Source of the DNA: Phoronis australis
Lineage: Eukaryota; Animalia; Phoronida
Reading direction: 5' to 3'
Assembly (NCBI GenBank): GCA_002633005.1
Contig: NMRA01000276.1
Coordinates: forward strand, 13,414 to 77,413
Length of the DNA: 64,000 bases
Numbering within the stretch: position 1 is the first letter of the stretch; each line of letters begins with the position of its first letter. Below are positions 60,943-64,000 of the stretch, piece by piece. The translations under genes and the position numbers were made by a program. The notes under the pieces were generated by a model. The model was not told the origin of the DNA. It ran no database searches and saw only the letters and a list, made by a program, of their open reading frames with translations.

Positions 60943-62376
60943 ATGTCGAATATGGATGCTCTGAGAAAAAGAAAGAAATGTTTGGATTATGACAATCTGG
61001 ATAATGTATCTAAGCAAGAACTGGTAGACAAAGTAAAGCAGCAAGAGGCCCATATTTTGCAACTTCAAAACATTGTGGCAAAGATACCAAAGAGAGGTGC
61101 ATTGGCATCTGTTGAATATACCAAAAAGCCTCGCAAGAATAAGCCATTTGACTTTTCTAAGTGGAATACAAGACATGTTGCTTTGAAGATATTGTACTTA
61201 GGCTGGGACTATAATGGATTTGCTCACAGTGAAGATACATCTAATACAATAGAAGCTCAATTATTTACAGCTCTTCTACAAACCAAATTGATAGAGTCAA
61301 GAGAAGGGTCTTGTTATCAGAGATGTGGTCGAACTGATAAAGGTGTCAGCGCCCTTTGTCAGGTTATTTCCATTGAGCTACGCACAAATTTACTTGAAGG
61401 ACTGGGTGTTAAAGTTAGAAAAAATGGTTCCGCTGGTGAAAGAGCAGGAGATAAAACTAGCGAACTTCCATATGTAAAGATGGTAAATGCCAGCCTTCCT
61501 CATGAAATTCGAGTGATCGCATGGACGCCGGTTGATGATGAATTTAGTGCACGTTTTAGCTGTCAGAGGCGAACATACAAATACTTCATCACTATGGGAC
61601 AGCTGGATGTTGAAGTTATGAGGGAAGCGGCTCAGAAACTTGTGGGATCTCATGATTTTCGCAACTTTTGTAAAATGGATGTTGCCAACGGTATCACCAA
61701 ATTCATTAGGAGCATTTCACAAATATCTATTGAAGCAATAAACAACGATTCTGACGGCTATCAGCTGTGTGAGTTTACGGTAGTTGGAAATGCGTTTTTG
61801 TGGCATCAGATTCGATGCATTGTAGCTATACTGGTCCTCATTGGTGGAGGAAAGGAACGGCCAGACGTCATTGATGACCTCCTCAATGTTGGTCAGAACC
61901 CAAGGAAACCCCAGTATGCAATGGCCTCAGAGCTGCCTCTGGTTTTGTTCAGCTGTGACTACACAGATCTGGAGTGGGTCTATGATGAGCAACATCTCAT
62001 ACAGAATATCTCTTTGCTACAGACATTGTGGTCAGTGCAAGCAATCAAAACTACGATTGTTAGAAAAATGCTGGATGAAATTTCGACATCATTTAAGAAA
62101 TTTGAATCGGAAGGATCAGAAGAAAAGAGCCCAGTCAAGAATCAAGAGTGTGCCATTTTAACTGATTTTAAACGAAAAAAGCACATTCCGTTGTTTAAGA
62201 GGCAGTTGTGCCCAAGTCTTGAAAATAGGATAGAGCATTATGCAAGGAAACAGCGTCTGGATTGCAAAAGCAAGAAAAATGTGAGCTATGAGTCTACAAG
62301 TTGCACACCTGTTGTGAAGAAACAAAGGTATGCTCTGTCTGATGCACCAGCGTGTGTTACAACTGATTATAGTTGA
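60943..62376 (+). CDS. PUS3: tRNA pseudouridine(38/39) synthase PUS3 (TruA family), uninterrupted 477-aa CDS
   Basis: KPFDFS..RHVALKILYLGWDYNGFA, catalytic RCGRTDKGVSA, FSARFSC.RRTYKY, HDFRNFCKMD and GNAFLWHQIRCI motifs; splice acceptor ttacAG at 60932-60933 just upstream. Confidence 0.96.
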   Translation: MSNMDALRKRKKCLDYDNLDNVSKQELVDKVKQQEAHILQLQNIVAKIPKRGALASVEYTKKPRKNKPFDFSKWNTRHVALKILYLGWDYNGFAHSEDTSNTIEAQLFTALLQTKLIESREGSCYQRCGRTDKGVSALCQVISIELRTNLLEGLGVKVRKNGSAGERAGDKTSELPYVKMVNASLPHEIRVIAWTPVDDEFSARFSCQRRTYKYFITMGQLDVEVMREAAQKLVGSHDFRNFCKMDVANGITKFIRSISQISIEAINNDSDGYQLCEFTVVGNAFLWHQIRCIVAILVLIGGGKERPDVIDDLLNVGQNPRKPQYAMASELPLVLFSCDYTDLEWVYDEQHLIQNISLLQTLWSVQAIKTTIVRKMLDEISTSFKKFESEGSEEKSPVKNQECAILTDFKRKKHIPLFKRQLCPSLENRIEHYARKQRLDCKSKKNVSYESTSCTPVVKKQRYALSDAPACVTTDYS

Positions 62377-62566
62377 ATTGGAGTTGTTCACTTAGCAAAA
62401 CTGGGTACTGTTACATTCAATATGTGATCATGACATGGGTGCACGAGTTGGTGCTCTTTGTGACTTTTACATTTATCTTTATTCACAACTTGATCAAAAG
62501 GTAATAAGGAGCACGTAATGTTGTGCTTCTCATAGTTAATGAACATATTTGAACACTTAAACATTT

Positions 62567-62576
62567 AATAAATAAA
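62567..62576 (+). terminator. Candidate polyadenylation signals of PUS3
   Basis: Overlapping AATAAATAAA about 190 nt after the stop. Confidence 0.6.
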
Positions 62577-64000
62577 CATCAAGTTCAGATACATTTCTTA
62601 CAGTTACCACAATATAAAATTTCACGGCTAATTTTACACAATATAAAACTTGAAATTATACACCAGCAGTGTTGAGCCAACATTGCACTACCGTCTAAAT
62701 GGTCTCATTTTACTTGACATTTCAAACAAGTTGAGTTTGCGGGGTTGTGGAAAGTAACAAGAGTTGGCCGAATGAATGCTTCAAGTGTTAGTTATAAGGT
62801 GCATGGCTCTGTGACTGGTCAGTTACAACAGACTAATGCCACATTTTAAGTATCACTGCTACAAGTAACTATTAAAAGGATACCAAACACAGTTTTGGCA
62901 TATTAACATAAAAAGACTTCCCCATTCAGTTCTCTAAGACAAAATAATACTCTGTAACCCTCAAAAGTGCAGGAAAATTTGAAAACTCAAAATTCTGCTA
63001 AACGGGGAGGTGTGACCTACGCTTTTTGCGAATTACACAGCGATTCTGCAAAACGACCAAGGACGATAATGTCCAACCTGTGACCTTGGGAGCATGAATT
63101 ATTTGTGGATTCCTGCCTTTAACTTGGAAGATTGACACCAATGATGCAGTAGCAGGTGACCCAATGAGAACTGGTGGAAATTGTCAAATCAGGGTTTAGT
63201 ATCCGTTTAAATGGTCCAAGACGCCATTTCATGAAACTACGTCACAACACTGTAACAATCCAATAGTGCTGCAGATACTAACAAAGACAAAACTTGAGAT
63301 TAAAAGAAAGTAGTATCCCCAGAAATGCACGGCATGCCACAATTATTTAGCAATGCAATAGGAACTTGTGAAACTTAAAGAAATTTCATGGCTAAGCCAC
63401 TTGCAGAGTTCCATACTAAAAAGGTAATGACAAATCACTCCTAAAGCTGCGTTTACACGGGAGACAGTTGTCCCAGAGCAACTAACACACAACAGCTGAT
63501 TCGGCGCAAGTGTGTTTATGAACGACTGACACGGAGGAAGTTGACATCGCGGTGGCCATATTTGACTCTAACTTGAGAGGTAGAGCGAGATGCACTCAAT
63601 CAATTGCTTCAGTTTCAACTATACGTCAAAACACAACTGGGGCAGGGCGGAAAGGGATCATCTTTCAATGCGCTTGCACAATAATGAATATACGGGTGAT
63701 CCGTTGACATTCCACATGGTGTGGACTTACACTATTGTTTATGCGAGCATGCATACAGTCTTTGTGTAAATGACTCGTGCTGATCCAGTTTGCGATCTAA
63801 TGTCATGTAAATGCAACTGACGACTCGCATCGCAACAACTATTCCCTGTGTTAAAACAGCTTTAGTTGCATAACCTTGCTTAACACCCCGTCGCCAGAAA
63901 AAACAAGACAAAAATACCCCTTGATCAATATCTTGGTCTGCTAGGAATTTCAGCCAGGTACCAAAGCAGAGGAGGTTTTGAGGAGAATTGGATTGCAAAG

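Noticed and set aside
63443-64000. Possible Harbinger-like end (AGCTGCGTTTACAC) and ORF 63732-63998
   Set aside because: No matching second end inside the window and no recognisable protein motif.

Overview
AT-rich eukaryotic (animal, probably invertebrate) genomic DNA with two N-gaps; nothing prokaryotic and no CRISPR array. Two host genes lie head-to-head. NOP2/NSUN1 (28S rRNA m5C methyltransferase) is on the minus strand: 15 coding exons traced by hand, 13489-54149, with one conserved segment not found and probably lost in the gap at 44976-45032. PUS3 (tRNA pseudouridine 38/39 synthase) is on the plus strand with an uninterrupted CDS, 60943-62376. The rest is mostly nested transposon relics: a Tx1/L1-like LINE, pogo-like and Kolobok-like elements, hAT-like families with 5- and 6-bp target-site duplications (TSDs), a P-like THAP element inside a satellite-bearing element, a Penelope fragment with a variant hammerhead ribozyme, and Helentron/HINE-like elements. 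The most unusual signal is that the HINE-like repeat monomers each carry a co-oriented CTCF-consensus motif about every 143 bp. I did not find evidence for a wholly new gene system; family names come from pattern recognition, not database searches.
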